Shown one piece after another: positions 18,300-29,548 of a DNA stretch of 64,000 nucleotides. Location: the NCBI GenBank assembly GCA_945872795.1, contig CAMCAZ010000006.1, forward strand, positions 13,403-77,402, given 5' to 3'. Under the pieces are notes generated by a model that saw only the letters and a program-made list of their open reading frames with translations, did no database searches and had not been told where the DNA came from. Source of the stretch: Chryseobacterium gleum. GTDB lineage: Bacteria; Bacteroidota; Bacteroidia; Flavobacteriales_F; PHOS-HE28. How positions within the stretch are numbered: the stretch's first letter is position 1; each line of letters begins with the position of its first letter. Made by a program: the position numbers and the translations under genes.

Positions 18300-18716
18300 T
18301 CAAGGCAGGAAGCGCTCGCGCTCAGTCATCGTGGGAAGGCGGCATGTCGCGCGTTTCCCGAACCATTGGTAGCGATGCCGGGCCACCTGGCCATACACTG
18401 CATCGCGCAATCCACGTGGCATGGCACGCAGGATCCCGATCCCGCGCCAGCCACCACCCAGATGCTCAAGGGCCAGCAGCGCCGCGTCGCTCCGCCGGTG
18501 AATGCCCTTCGCATCCTTCAGCACCAAGCTGTCCAGGTCGCTGACCTGTTCCGCTGGGAGCATCGCTTGTGCCGTGGTCCCCTGCAAGGGCGAGAAACGC
18601 AGCACGCCTTTCGTATCCCAGCGCAAGAGCAGGTTCACCGATCGGTTGCACAGGCCGCACAGACCATCGAAGAAGATGATGGGCGGAGGGGGGCGATGGT
18701 CGGCCGACATGAGCAC
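18300..18716 (-). CDS. thiol-disulfide oxidoreductase DCC family protein
   Basis: FFDGLCGLCN motif; 138 aa. Confidence 0.85.
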   Translation of the reverse strand: MLMSADHRPPPPIIFFDGLCGLCNRSVNLLLRWDTKGVLRFSPLQGTTAQAMLPAEQVSDLDSLVLKDAKGIHRRSDAALLALEHLGGGWRGIGILRAMPRGLRDAVYGQVARHRYQWFGKRATCRLPTMTERERFLP

Positions 18717-18829
18717 AAATCTACTGGGGCACCCGCAGGCGCGGGTGTCGCTGGCCGGTCCTAAACCTTAGCTGACGTTGTGACTTCGGAAGCGACGGAA
18801 GCTGTAGCTGCAGGACAGGAGCTAAAGCT

Positions 18830-18870
18830 GAACGGCGCCTGTCCGAAGTACTCGGGGCGAGGCGCCGTTC
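18830..18870 (-). terminator. hairpin terminator candidate downstream of atpC
   Basis: gaacggcgcc / ggcgccgttc 10-bp stem with a partly self-pairing 21-nt loop. Confidence 0.5.
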
Positions 18871-18894
18871 GTTGTTGGTCAGGTTCGCTAAGGC

Positions 18895-19128
18895 TTACTC
18901 GGCCAGCACCAGTACCACGTTGTTCAGCACCTCCACCACACCACCTTTTACGGTGAAGGTCTCCTCACCGGAGCTGGTCTTCACCCTCACATCGCCGGCC
19001 TTCAGCACGGTGATCAACGGGGCATGGTTGTTCAGGAAGCCCATGCTGCCGTCCACACCGGGAACAACAACACTGGTGGCCTCACCTTTGAACAGGGCTT
19101 TATCCGGGGTGATGATCTCTACTCTCAT
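18895..19128 (-). CDS. atpC: F0F1 ATP synthase epsilon subunit (short, beta-sandwich domain only)
   Basis: 77 aa, MRVEIITPDKALFKGEA...; downstream of atpD. Confidence 0.85.
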   Translation of the reverse strand: MRVEIITPDKALFKGEATSVVVPGVDGSMGFLNNHAPLITVLKAGDVRVKTSSGEETFTVKGGVVEVLNNVVLVLAE

Positions 19129-19149
19129 GGTGACAGTTGACTGTTGTCG

Positions 19150-19200
19150 TATGTCCTATGCCTGGCCCTGACCATGATCTCGGGTCAGGCATAGGACATA
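19150..19200 (-). repeat. long hairpin in the atpD-atpC spacer
   Basis: 15-bp perfect stem tatgtcctatgcctg / caggcataggacata, plus an inner ccc/ggg extension. Confidence 0.7.
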
Positions 19201-19274
19201 AGCCTTCGGACAGATGCTACATCGCTTATGGAATGCTGCGCATTTCCGTGAGGTTCAACAGTCCTTCCAAGAAC

Positions 19275-21975
<2,701 letters not shown>

Positions 21976-21979
<4 letters not shown>

Positions 21980-22569
21980 GGTCTTTGTTGTTCACCCTGA
22001 TCATATTGATGGTGCTGCCCGCCAAGGCACAACTGCTCGATCAAGTGGCACTGGATTCCGTGCGCACCTTCCGAAGCATGGAACGGGCCATGAAGGATCC
22101 CGCCGCGGTGCAGCGCCTTGACCTTTCAGGGAGCAAGCTGAAGGTGGTGCCCGAAGAACTCCGCCAGTTCGTGAACCTGAACGCCCTGGACCTCAACGGC
22201 AACAAGCTGAAGGAACTGCCTACCTGGCTCGGCGAACTGGCCTACCTCCAGGAGCTGAGGGTCTCTAAGAACAAGTTGGAGAACACGCCACTGGTGATCT
22301 GTTCGCTGCGCCACCTCAAGCGCTTGGACCTGAGCCGTAATGCCATCACGGGCCTCCCGGCCTGCATTGGGACCCTGTCCAAGCTGGTCTCCCTCGACCT
22401 GTGGAGCAACGACATCGCCGAGGTGCCCGAGGAGATCAAGGACCTGGAGGAGTTGCGCTTTCTGGACCTTCGCGCCATCATGTTCGAGCAGCCTGAGATG
22501 GACCGTATCCAGGAGCTTCTGCCCAAGGCCAAGGTCTATTTCAGTCAGCCGTGCAATTGCGGCATGTGA
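21976..22569 (+). CDS. leucine-rich repeat protein, secreted
   Basis: Signal peptide, then about six LxxLxLxxNxL repeats. ATGA overlap with the ribF stop. Confidence 0.8.
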
Positions 22570-22614
22570 GCAGGGCATGAGGTCGTTCCACGTTCTCTTC
22601 CGTCCGACCTCTTC

Positions 22615-23217
22615 ATGGTGTTAGCTCCGCTTTCCCCGGATCTGGCCACGGGCCTGGAGTGGACAGCCGTGGTCCTGAACATCGCGTTCACCATCCTCAT
22701 CGGGTGGGAACGTCGCCTGGGCTGGACCTTTGGTTTTGTGGCCGCATTGATCGGGGTGCTGTTATATGCGGTACAGGATGCCTGGCTCATGTCGGCCCTC
22801 AACGGCTTCTACGCGGCGATGGCCTTGTACGGCTGGTGGAGCTGGGGGAATGACGCCGATGCCTCCCGCATCACCCGTTCACCCTGGCAACGCCACGTGC
22901 TCCTGCTGCTCATCGGGGCTGCCGGAACGGGCCTGCTGGTGGTGCTCATGCACCAGTTGGGCCAGCCCGGTCGCTACCTCGGCATGGAGGCGTTCATCAC
23001 CTCCTTCGCCATGGTGGCCACCTGGATGATGGGCCGAAAGGCCTTGGAGAACTGGCTCTACTGGACCATCGGTGACCTGGTGGCCGTGGTGTACAATCAC
23101 CTCATCGGCTACGATGGCTATGCCTTGCTCAACGCGGTCTACATCGCCCTGGCCGTGGTGGGCTTCGTCCGTTGGCGCCAGCAATGGCGCCTGCAGCAGG
23201 GCGCGCTGCTCGCGTAG
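22615..23217 (+). CDS. pnuC: nicotinamide riboside transporter PnuC family
   Basis: 200 aa, seven hydrophobic segments, YGWWSW motif. Substrate (NR versus thiamine-type Pnu) not resolved. Confidence 0.75.
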   Translation: MVLAPLSPDLATGLEWTAVVLNIAFTILIGWERRLGWTFGFVAALIGVLLYAVQDAWLMSALNGFYAAMALYGWWSWGNDADASRITRSPWQRHVLLLLIGAAGTGLLVVLMHQLGQPGRYLGMEAFITSFAMVATWMMGRKALENWLYWTIGDLVAVVYNHLIGYDGYALLNAVYIALAVVGFVRWRQQWRLQQGALLA

Positions 23218-23225
23218 GTGCCGAT

Positions 23226-23939
23226 CTACACCGTCACCGGTGGAAGGTCCCCGTGTTCGCGTTTCAAGGGCCGTTCGTAGAACGTGATGGTGAGCAGCAG
23301 GAAGAACAGGAGGTACATGCTGTCCTCCAAGGGGATCGTGTTCAAGCGGATGCCGAGGTTCTCGGCGTTGTTGTACCACACGATGGGTTCGTCCAGCAGC
23401 CAGCCGGTGAGGATGCCGTTCACCAGGAAGAAGGGGATGAGGCTGACGGCGTAGCCCACATAGAACCGGCCCAGGTAGGTGCTTTTGAGCACGAACACAT
23501 GAAGTGCCAGCATGGCGGCCGTGCAGAGAAAGGTGATGGCCGTGTATATGTGATCGATATACAGGACACCGACCACGGTGAGCACCACGATCAACCCGAT
23601 GCTGAGCGGGCGGGCAACGGACCCCAGCACATCACGCCGGATGAAGTAGCGCATCACTTCGTAGAGGAACACACAGGAATAAGGCACCACCAGGAAGAAG
23701 AGCCACTCCTCGATGGGCAGGTGGAAAAAGCGCGGGCCAGTGAGGTAGCGTGGGTTGAAGCCCCAAACGCCATTGGCTGTGAAGATGGCGTCCCAGATGA
23801 GGAACACGGTGGCCATCACGGCGATGCCGGTGAACAGTCCCGGCCATTTGCGCCAGTACTGCACACGGGGCTCGAAGCTCCGCAGCAATGGAAAGGCCAG
23901 GGTGAAGAGGTCCAGGCCCAGGTAGTAGTACTTCTCCAT
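23226..23939 (-). CDS. lycopene cyclase domain protein (fused CrtYc/d type)
   Basis: 237 aa with two repeated membrane domains; PIEEWLFFLVVPY motif. Confidence 0.82.
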   Translation of the reverse strand: MEKYYYLGLDLFTLAFPLLRSFEPRVQYWRKWPGLFTGIAVMATVFLIWDAIFTANGVWGFNPRYLTGPRFFHLPIEEWLFFLVVPYSCVFLYEVMRYFIRRDVLGSVARPLSIGLIVVLTVVGVLYIDHIYTAITFLCTAAMLALHVFVLKSTYLGRFYVGYAVSLIPFFLVNGILTGWLLDEPIVWYNNAENLGIRLNTIPLEDSMYLLFFLLLTITFYERPLKREHGDLPPVTV

Positions 23940-24586
23940 CAGATCACCGGCAACAGCAGGTTGAGGCCTGCAAAGAAAATCACTTGCGCCACCAGAACGT
24001 AGCGGGCCAAGGGATTTTCACGGCGCACCGGTGCCAGGAAGAACAGGGTGAAGAACACGGCGCTCACGACTCCCCATGCGATGTAGTTCTGCAAGGGGAT
24101 CGTACCCTGCGCCCAGGTCCAGAAGCCCAATCGGATGGCCACGGGTTCGATCAGCACGTCCAAAGCCACCATCACCGCGCTGCTCAGCATCACCTTGGCC
24201 CAGGTGGGCATGGACGACCGGGCCATGGGGACCCCGATGGCGAACACCAGCATGCTCCAGTTCAACCCGATGAGCAGTGGCACGTTCAGCACCTTCAGGC
24301 CAAGCACCTCTCCGTAGCTGTAGTCGCCGAAGACGCGGCCGGTCCATACCCCGAGCACTTCCACGAAGTAACCCAGGGTGCCCAACACCAGTGCCAGCGC
24401 CACGGTCCTGCGGTCCAGTTTGCTGAACACCACCATGGCCCCTGCGGTGAGCACCAGGTTGATGGGCGTGAGCGGCAATACCCAAGGGGCGAGTGGCGTC
24501 AATAGCGCCACGAGCCCCACAGCATGGAGGATGATCACCAATCCGGTGGCATAGCGCAGGTCAAGGCGACGGAGCAGGGAGGTCAT
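23939..24586 (-). CDS. carotenoid biosynthesis membrane protein (DUF422 / CruF-like 1',2'-hydratase family)
   Basis: Trimmed to MTSLLRRLDL. Polytopic membrane protein. ATGA overlap with the upstream desaturase gene. Confidence 0.7.
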   Translation of the reverse strand: MTSLLRRLDLRYATGLVIILHAVGLVALLTPLAPWVLPLTPINLVLTAGAMVVFSKLDRRTVALALVLGTLGYFVEVLGVWTGRVFGDYSYGEVLGLKVLNVPLLIGLNWSMLVFAIGVPMARSSMPTWAKVMLSSAVMVALDVLIEPVAIRLGFWTWAQGTIPLQNYIAWGVVSAVFFTLFFLAPVRRENPLARYVLVAQVIFFAGLNLLLPVI

Positions 24587-26091
24587 GCGTGTTGGTATCG
24601 GGTGCGCGGGATGGTGGCCGGTACAAGGGAGGCCACGATGCGTGCGCTCAGGAGTGCCAGGGGTATGCCTCCGCCGGGATGCACGCTTCCACCGCAGAAG
24701 AACAGCCCCTTGACGCTGCTGTGGAAATTCGGATGGCGCAGGAACGCGGCCCACGGAGAGTTGCTGCTGGTGCCGTAGAGCGAACCCTGGTGGCTGTGCG
24801 TCAGTTCCCCGATCGCGCGGGGGTCCAGCACACGCTCCACCTCGATCAGGGGCTCCACATCGATGCCCAGGGTGCGCTTCACCTTGGCCACGATGGCCGC
24901 ACGGGCCTTGGCGATGAGGGCATCGCGGTCCTGCCCCACATCCCGCGGTGCATTGATCATGGTGAACCAGTTCTCGCAGCCGGCCGGAGCATCGCCGCGC
25001 GTGTGCTTGCTGGTGATGTTGATGTACACGGTGGGGTCCTCATACACCGTCAGCTCATCGAACAGATGCCTGAATTCAGAGCGATAATCTTCGCTGAACA
25101 GGATGTTGTGAAGCCCCAGTTCCGGGAATGTTCCGCGGATGCCCCAGTAGAATACGAGCGCAGAGCTGCTCCGTTCCTGCTTCAGGGTGCGCTCCGGGGC
25201 CTTCAGGTCGGGGAGCAGTTTGCGGTAGGTGGGCACCACATCCATGTTGCTCACCACCACATCGGCCGGATGATCGGCGCCCTCGGCCCGCACACCGCTA
25301 ACCTGCTGCTGGTCCTTGGTAAGCAGGATGCGCTCCACGGGCGTATTGAAACGGAAGCGTACACCCCGATCAACGGCCAACAGATGGAGTGCCTTGGTGA
25401 TGGAATACATGCCGCCAACCGGGTAGAAGGCCCCCTGCCCGTGTTCCAATCCGGGGATCATCCGCATCAGTCCGGGGGTGCGGTAGGGGTCGCTGCCGTT
25501 GTAAGTGGCGTAGCGGTTGAAGAGCTGAACGGCCTTGGGATGATCACCCAACGCGGAACGGTTCGCCCGGTCCAGATTGCCCAGCAGTTCCGAGGGTCGC
25601 GCGGTGGCCAGCGCTTTGGCCATGCCCCCCTTCCACAAGGTATCCAGGCGATGGAGTGAATGTTCGAGGAAGGTGCGTCCCGTGCTCTTCAGCAGGGTCT
25701 CCGCCCGCTCCAGGTGGCTCTTCACCCGCTCGCGGGGAACGCCCAATTTGTTCTCCAGCTCGGCCGCGAACAAAAGCGGATCGCACCAGCCGGTGACCCG
25801 GGTGCCATCCTCCCAGAAGTAGCGGTTGGCCTCCTCCAGCTTCACATGGCTGAATCGGCCCTGCATGTCCACGCCGGCATCGCGGAAGAGCTCCTCCACC
25901 AGATGGGGCATGGTGAAGAGCGATGGACCGCGGTCGAAACGGTATCCGGCCTCGGTGAACTCCGCCAGCTTACCTCCCGGCGTGGGCGCCGCTTCGAAGA
26001 CCTCCACCGCATGGCCTTGCCGGGCGAGGCGGATGGCGCTCGCCAGACCGGCCACACCGGACCCCACGACGATCGCGCTGCTGCTCTTCAT
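24583..26091 (-). CDS. phytoene desaturase family FAD oxidoreductase, CrtD-like
   Basis: VVGSGVAGLASA dinucleotide fold. GPSLFTMP (CrtD-type) rather than a CrtI-type motif; 502 aa. Confidence 0.85.
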   Translation of the reverse strand: MKSSSAIVVGSGVAGLASAIRLARQGHAVEVFEAAPTPGGKLAEFTEAGYRFDRGPSLFTMPHLVEELFRDAGVDMQGRFSHVKLEEANRYFWEDGTRVTGWCDPLLFAAELENKLGVPRERVKSHLERAETLLKSTGRTFLEHSLHRLDTLWKGGMAKALATARPSELLGNLDRANRSALGDHPKAVQLFNRYATYNGSDPYRTPGLMRMIPGLEHGQGAFYPVGGMYSITKALHLLAVDRGVRFRFNTPVERILLTKDQQQVSGVRAEGADHPADVVVSNMDVVPTYRKLLPDLKAPERTLKQERSSSALVFYWGIRGTFPELGLHNILFSEDYRSEFRHLFDELTVYEDPTVYINITSKHTRGDAPAGCENWFTMINAPRDVGQDRDALIAKARAAIVAKVKRTLGIDVEPLIEVERVLDPRAIGELTHSHQGSLYGTSSNSPWAAFLRHPNFHSSVKGLFFCGGSVHPGGGIPLALLSARIVASLVPATIPRTRYQHA

Positions 26092-26848
26092 GCGGAGGAA
26101 AGAACAGTCCGCCCCCCATGATCGTTCGTTGCCCGTGGAACATCCTGCCCCCTACGTCACCCTTTCGTTCTTTCAATATGAAGGCCGGGAACGCCTTTGG
26201 GGCATGCGCCAGATGGCGGAGATGCGCGCTCCGCTCAAGCAGGTGGCTGGACTGCGCTTCCACAAACTGCTGGGGACCGGTGGTGGTACCGGCTACGACT
26301 TCTGGCCCGACTGGGGCACTTATGCCTTGCTCTGCGGTTGGTCCGATGAACGTTCCGCGATGGATTTCCATTCCGCTCATCCGGTCCATCAGGCCTTCCG
26401 CGCACATACCACCGAGCTCTACACCCTTCATCTTGAGCCTTACCTCAGCAGGGGGGAGTGGTCCGGAATAAACCCTTTTGCATCGGGGCGGAACCCATCG
26501 GCGGGTCCGCTCGCCGTGCTGACCCGGGCCACGATCAAGCCCTCGTACGTGATCCCCTTCTGGAAGCGCGTGGGAGCGGTCGCCCGGTCTCTGGAAGGCC
26601 GCGAAGGTCTGCTCTTCACCAAGGGCATCGGTGAGCTACCCTGGGTGGTGCAGGCCACGTTCAGTGTGTGGCGGTCCGAGCAGGATATGCAGGCCTTCGC
26701 CTATGCCCGTGCCGTGCCTCACGCCCAGGCCGTGGCCCGCACACGGAAGGCGCATGGCTTCAGCGAAGAGCTCTACGCCCGCTTCACCGTGCTACGCTCG
26801 GAGGGTACCTGGCGGAACAGCGATCCCGTGTCGGGGCTCGTGCGCTGA
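26090..26848 (+). CDS. spheroidene monooxygenase (CrtA)-like protein
   Basis: VTLSFFQYEG..RLWGMRQM N-terminus resembles CrtA. Start uncertain: ATG 26090 overlaps the divergent start codon; alternatives are TTG 26129 and GTG 26135. Confidence 0.65.
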   Translation: MRRKEQSAPHDRSLPVEHPAPYVTLSFFQYEGRERLWGMRQMAEMRAPLKQVAGLRFHKLLGTGGGTGYDFWPDWGTYALLCGWSDERSAMDFHSAHPVHQAFRAHTTELYTLHLEPYLSRGEWSGINPFASGRNPSAGPLAVLTRATIKPSYVIPFWKRVGAVARSLEGREGLLFTKGIGELPWVVQATFSVWRSEQDMQAFAYARAVPHAQAVARTRKAHGFSEELYARFTVLRSEGTWRNSDPVSGLVR

Positions 26849-26858
26849 TCGGTGCAGA

Positions 26859-28697
26859 CTACGGCTTAATGAAACTCGCCATGCGCGGTCCTGATGGGAG
26901 GTCCACCTGCGCGTGGTAATTGCCGCAGCTCAGCGCGCTGACGTCCAGGTCCACGGACGATGTGCCGGTTCGGACCGGAACAGACACCGCACGACCCTGA
27001 TCGTCGTACACGGTGACCCCCGACCGGGCAACACCATCGGGCAGCAGGATGCGAAGCACATGGTCCGTGGGATTGGGATACATGATCAGGCTCAGTTCCT
27101 CTCCGCCTTCCCGGATCCCGGTGCTGAGGTCGGTGCGGGCGATATGTGGAAGCGGGGTCTGGAATGCACCACCCATGACGATGGCACTGTCCTGGACGTG
27201 CAGCGCCAGCACGGCGCCATCCAGGTACCCGGCCAAGGGTTCGATCTGGTCCGGACCTCCGTTCCAACGGGCCACATTGGTGCCATAGACGCCAACCACC
27301 TCCGCCACCGTGAACTGACCACCCACGATGAGCCCGCTGCCCATGCGCGCCAGCGATCCGATGTAGGTGGCACCCAGGCCCGGCATCATGTACGAGCCAT
27401 GGTCAGGGAGCAGTTCCTCCCAGGTCGATGTGCCTTCCGGAAGTCGCGCCAATCCGAAGGTGATCGCGATGTTCAAGAACAGTTCTCCGCCGGCGTAGAG
27501 CGTACCATCCACATCGAGCAAGGTGCGGACCGTTGCGTTCAGTCCATTGCCGAGCGCCACCCAGTTCATGTTGTCCAGCACGGCCACATGAGTGTACACG
27601 GGATCGGTCTGTCCATCAGGACCGGTGAACGAACCACCCGCAACGAGCGCTCCATCGTGTGAGCCCAGCGCGAGCACTTCGCCGTTGAACATGGCGCCGA
27701 CCTGCTCCCATGCAGCGCCGAACTTCCGCATCACCGCATGGTCGGGACCCACGAAGCCCATGAGCTCTCCGGCGGCAAAAAGCTCCCCTTCATGCGCATG
27801 AAGCGCTGTGATCCGCGCGCTTTTGCTGGCAAATACCGCCTCATAGGACCAGCTTGTTCCGTTCCACGCTGCGAGGTCCTGGCTGCCGCCGAGGAACTGG
27901 CCACCGAGGTAAAGCTGCCCACCGTGTTCGACGGCACAGCTGACATCGCCCACCACCCCTTCGCCAAGCGCCGTGTATTGGCCGTTCTCCCAGATCGCAA
28001 CGGATGATGCTGGGACACCGCCTGCCACGGTGAAGGAACCGGCTATCAGCAACGCACCCTCGCCCAGGTCATGGATCACGCGTACATCGCCGTTGGTGCC
28101 GCTGCCCAGTGGTGACCATTCCACAGGCGGTGCATAGGCCGGCTGGATCCACGCCAGTTCAGCAGCGGTAAAGCCATGTTCCACAGCCCAGGAGCTCACC
28201 TCTGCGGTGAACCGGGGGGCTGAAAGGATCTCGCGCACATAGCCAAGGTTCAGGTCCGCACGGATGCGATCGGCGAGTTCCGCATGGCCGCTTTCGATCA
28301 TCAACTGCCCCACCGCGCACGCGGTGCCTAGGTGGTCGATGAAGACGGGATTGCGCACCGGCAGCAACCGGTTCTGGGGGAAGAGGCCGCGGTCGGCGTA
28401 GACCTCCAGGTCATTCAGAAGCTCCTGACGTGCGCTGAGCTGTTCGGCAGCAAGTCCTTCGGGCACATGCTGCGCCAAGTGTGCGCGCACCAGATGAAGA
28501 TGATGCGCAATACGTTCCGCCTCCGACGCGAAGGTGACCGTTCGTGGGTCGTTGGCGGAGGGTTCGTCCATGACCCTCCATTCGGCGTTCACTTCCAGCA
28601 GGTGCATCCCCAGCGGAGCAGGTTGTTCGGGGGACAGTTGGGCGCTGGCGAACAGTGTGGTTCCGAAAAGGATGAAGAGTAGGAGTGTGCGTTTCAT
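26859..28697 (-). CDS. secreted repeat protein with T9SS C-terminal sorting domain
   Basis: Trimmed to MKRTLLLFILFGTTLFASAQ. Central propeller-like Gly-rich repeats. C-terminus LIMYPNPTDHVLRILLP...GNYHAQVDL. Confidence 0.75.
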   Translation of the reverse strand: MKRTLLLFILFGTTLFASAQLSPEQPAPLGMHLLEVNAEWRVMDEPSANDPRTVTFASEAERIAHHLHLVRAHLAQHVPEGLAAEQLSARQELLNDLEVYADRGLFPQNRLLPVRNPVFIDHLGTACAVGQLMIESGHAELADRIRADLNLGYVREILSAPRFTAEVSSWAVEHGFTAAELAWIQPAYAPPVEWSPLGSGTNGDVRVIHDLGEGALLIAGSFTVAGGVPASSVAIWENGQYTALGEGVVGDVSCAVEHGGQLYLGGQFLGGSQDLAAWNGTSWSYEAVFASKSARITALHAHEGELFAAGELMGFVGPDHAVMRKFGAAWEQVGAMFNGEVLALGSHDGALVAGGSFTGPDGQTDPVYTHVAVLDNMNWVALGNGLNATVRTLLDVDGTLYAGGELFLNIAITFGLARLPEGTSTWEELLPDHGSYMMPGLGATYIGSLARMGSGLIVGGQFTVAEVVGVYGTNVARWNGGPDQIEPLAGYLDGAVLALHVQDSAIVMGGAFQTPLPHIARTDLSTGIREGGEELSLIMYPNPTDHVLRILLPDGVARSGVTVYDDQGRAVSVPVRTGTSSVDLDVSALSCGNYHAQVDLPSGPRMASFIKP

Positions 28698-28793
28698 GAC
28701 AGGAGGTGTTGTTCGAGGGGAAGACACGATACATGCAGCGCCGCGCTGCCCGCGCTGTGACGGAAAGTTACATTGCGGCGGAAGCGAACGCAT

Positions 28794-29321
28794 ATGCGGA
28801 AGATCATTGTCACCGGTCCGGAGAGCAGCGGCAAGACCACCCTGGCGCGCATGCTGGCGGAACATTACCAAGCGCCCTTGGTGGACGAGCATGCCCGCGC
28901 CTATTTGAACGGATTGGACCGACCCTATGTGGAGTCGGACCTGTTGGCCATCGCACAGCAGCAGTGGGCTGCGGAGGAAAAGGGGGAAGGGACGGCACGG
29001 GAGACCTTATCACCGCTCGTCATCTGTGATACCGACCTGCTCACCATCCGGATCTGGGCCTTGGTCAAATTCGGTCGTTGTGATCCCTGGATCACGAAGA
29101 TCCTTGCGGATCATAAGCCGGCCCACAGCATGCTGTGTGCACCGGACATTCCTTGGGAGCCCGATCCCCTGCGGGAGGATCCACATGGCCGGGACCAGCT
29201 CTTCGCCATCCATGAACAGGAATTGGACTCGCTGAACAGAACATACACCGTGGTGCACGGTGATCCCGCACAGCGCCTCAGCATGGCCATAGCTGCGGTG
29301 GATGCGCTCCCCGATGTTTAG
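28794..29321 (+). CDS. P-loop kinase resembling the NadR ribosylnicotinamide kinase domain
   Basis: MRKIIVTGPESSGKTTLARMLAEHY...DEHARAYL pattern. Confidence 0.7.
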   Translation: MRKIIVTGPESSGKTTLARMLAEHYQAPLVDEHARAYLNGLDRPYVESDLLAIAQQQWAAEEKGEGTARETLSPLVICDTDLLTIRIWALVKFGRCDPWITKILADHKPAHSMLCAPDIPWEPDPLREDPHGRDQLFAIHEQELDSLNRTYTVVHGDPAQRLSMAIAAVDALPDV

Positions 29322-29405
29322 GGCGCACTCCTGTGCGATGGAATGATCGCGTGTGACGTCCGGAAGAACTCATACGGGACGATGTCGTCCATCGGCCCCG
29401 ATGTC

Positions 29406-29413
29406 TACCTTTG
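29406..29413 (+). promoter_or_regulatory. -7 box TACCTTTG preceding the TPP riboswitch
   Basis: Exact TAnnTTTG match, a few nt before the aptamer. Confidence 0.55.
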
Positions 29414-29416
29414 TAC

Positions 29417-29500
29417 CGTCGTGCATCGGGGTGCCCCCAAGGGCTGAGATCATACCCGTAGAACCTGGGCAGGTAATGCTGCCAAGGGAACTGAACCCGG
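29417..29500 (+). promoter_or_regulatory. TPP (THI-box) riboswitch aptamer
   Basis: GGGGTGC..GCTGAGA..ACCC..GAACCTG..GGTAATGCTGCC.AGGGAA matches the conserved THI-box core in order and spacing. Confidence 0.82.
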
Positions 29501-29509
29501 TATCCGGGG

Positions 29510-29545
29510 CTCCTCCGTGCAACGACATCACCCTTAACGGAGGAG
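29510..29545 (+). promoter_or_regulatory. putative expression-platform hairpin of the TPP riboswitch
   Basis: ctcctccgt / acggaggag 9-bp stem, ending 3 nt before the ATG at 29549. Confidence 0.5.
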
Positions 29546-29548
29546 AAC

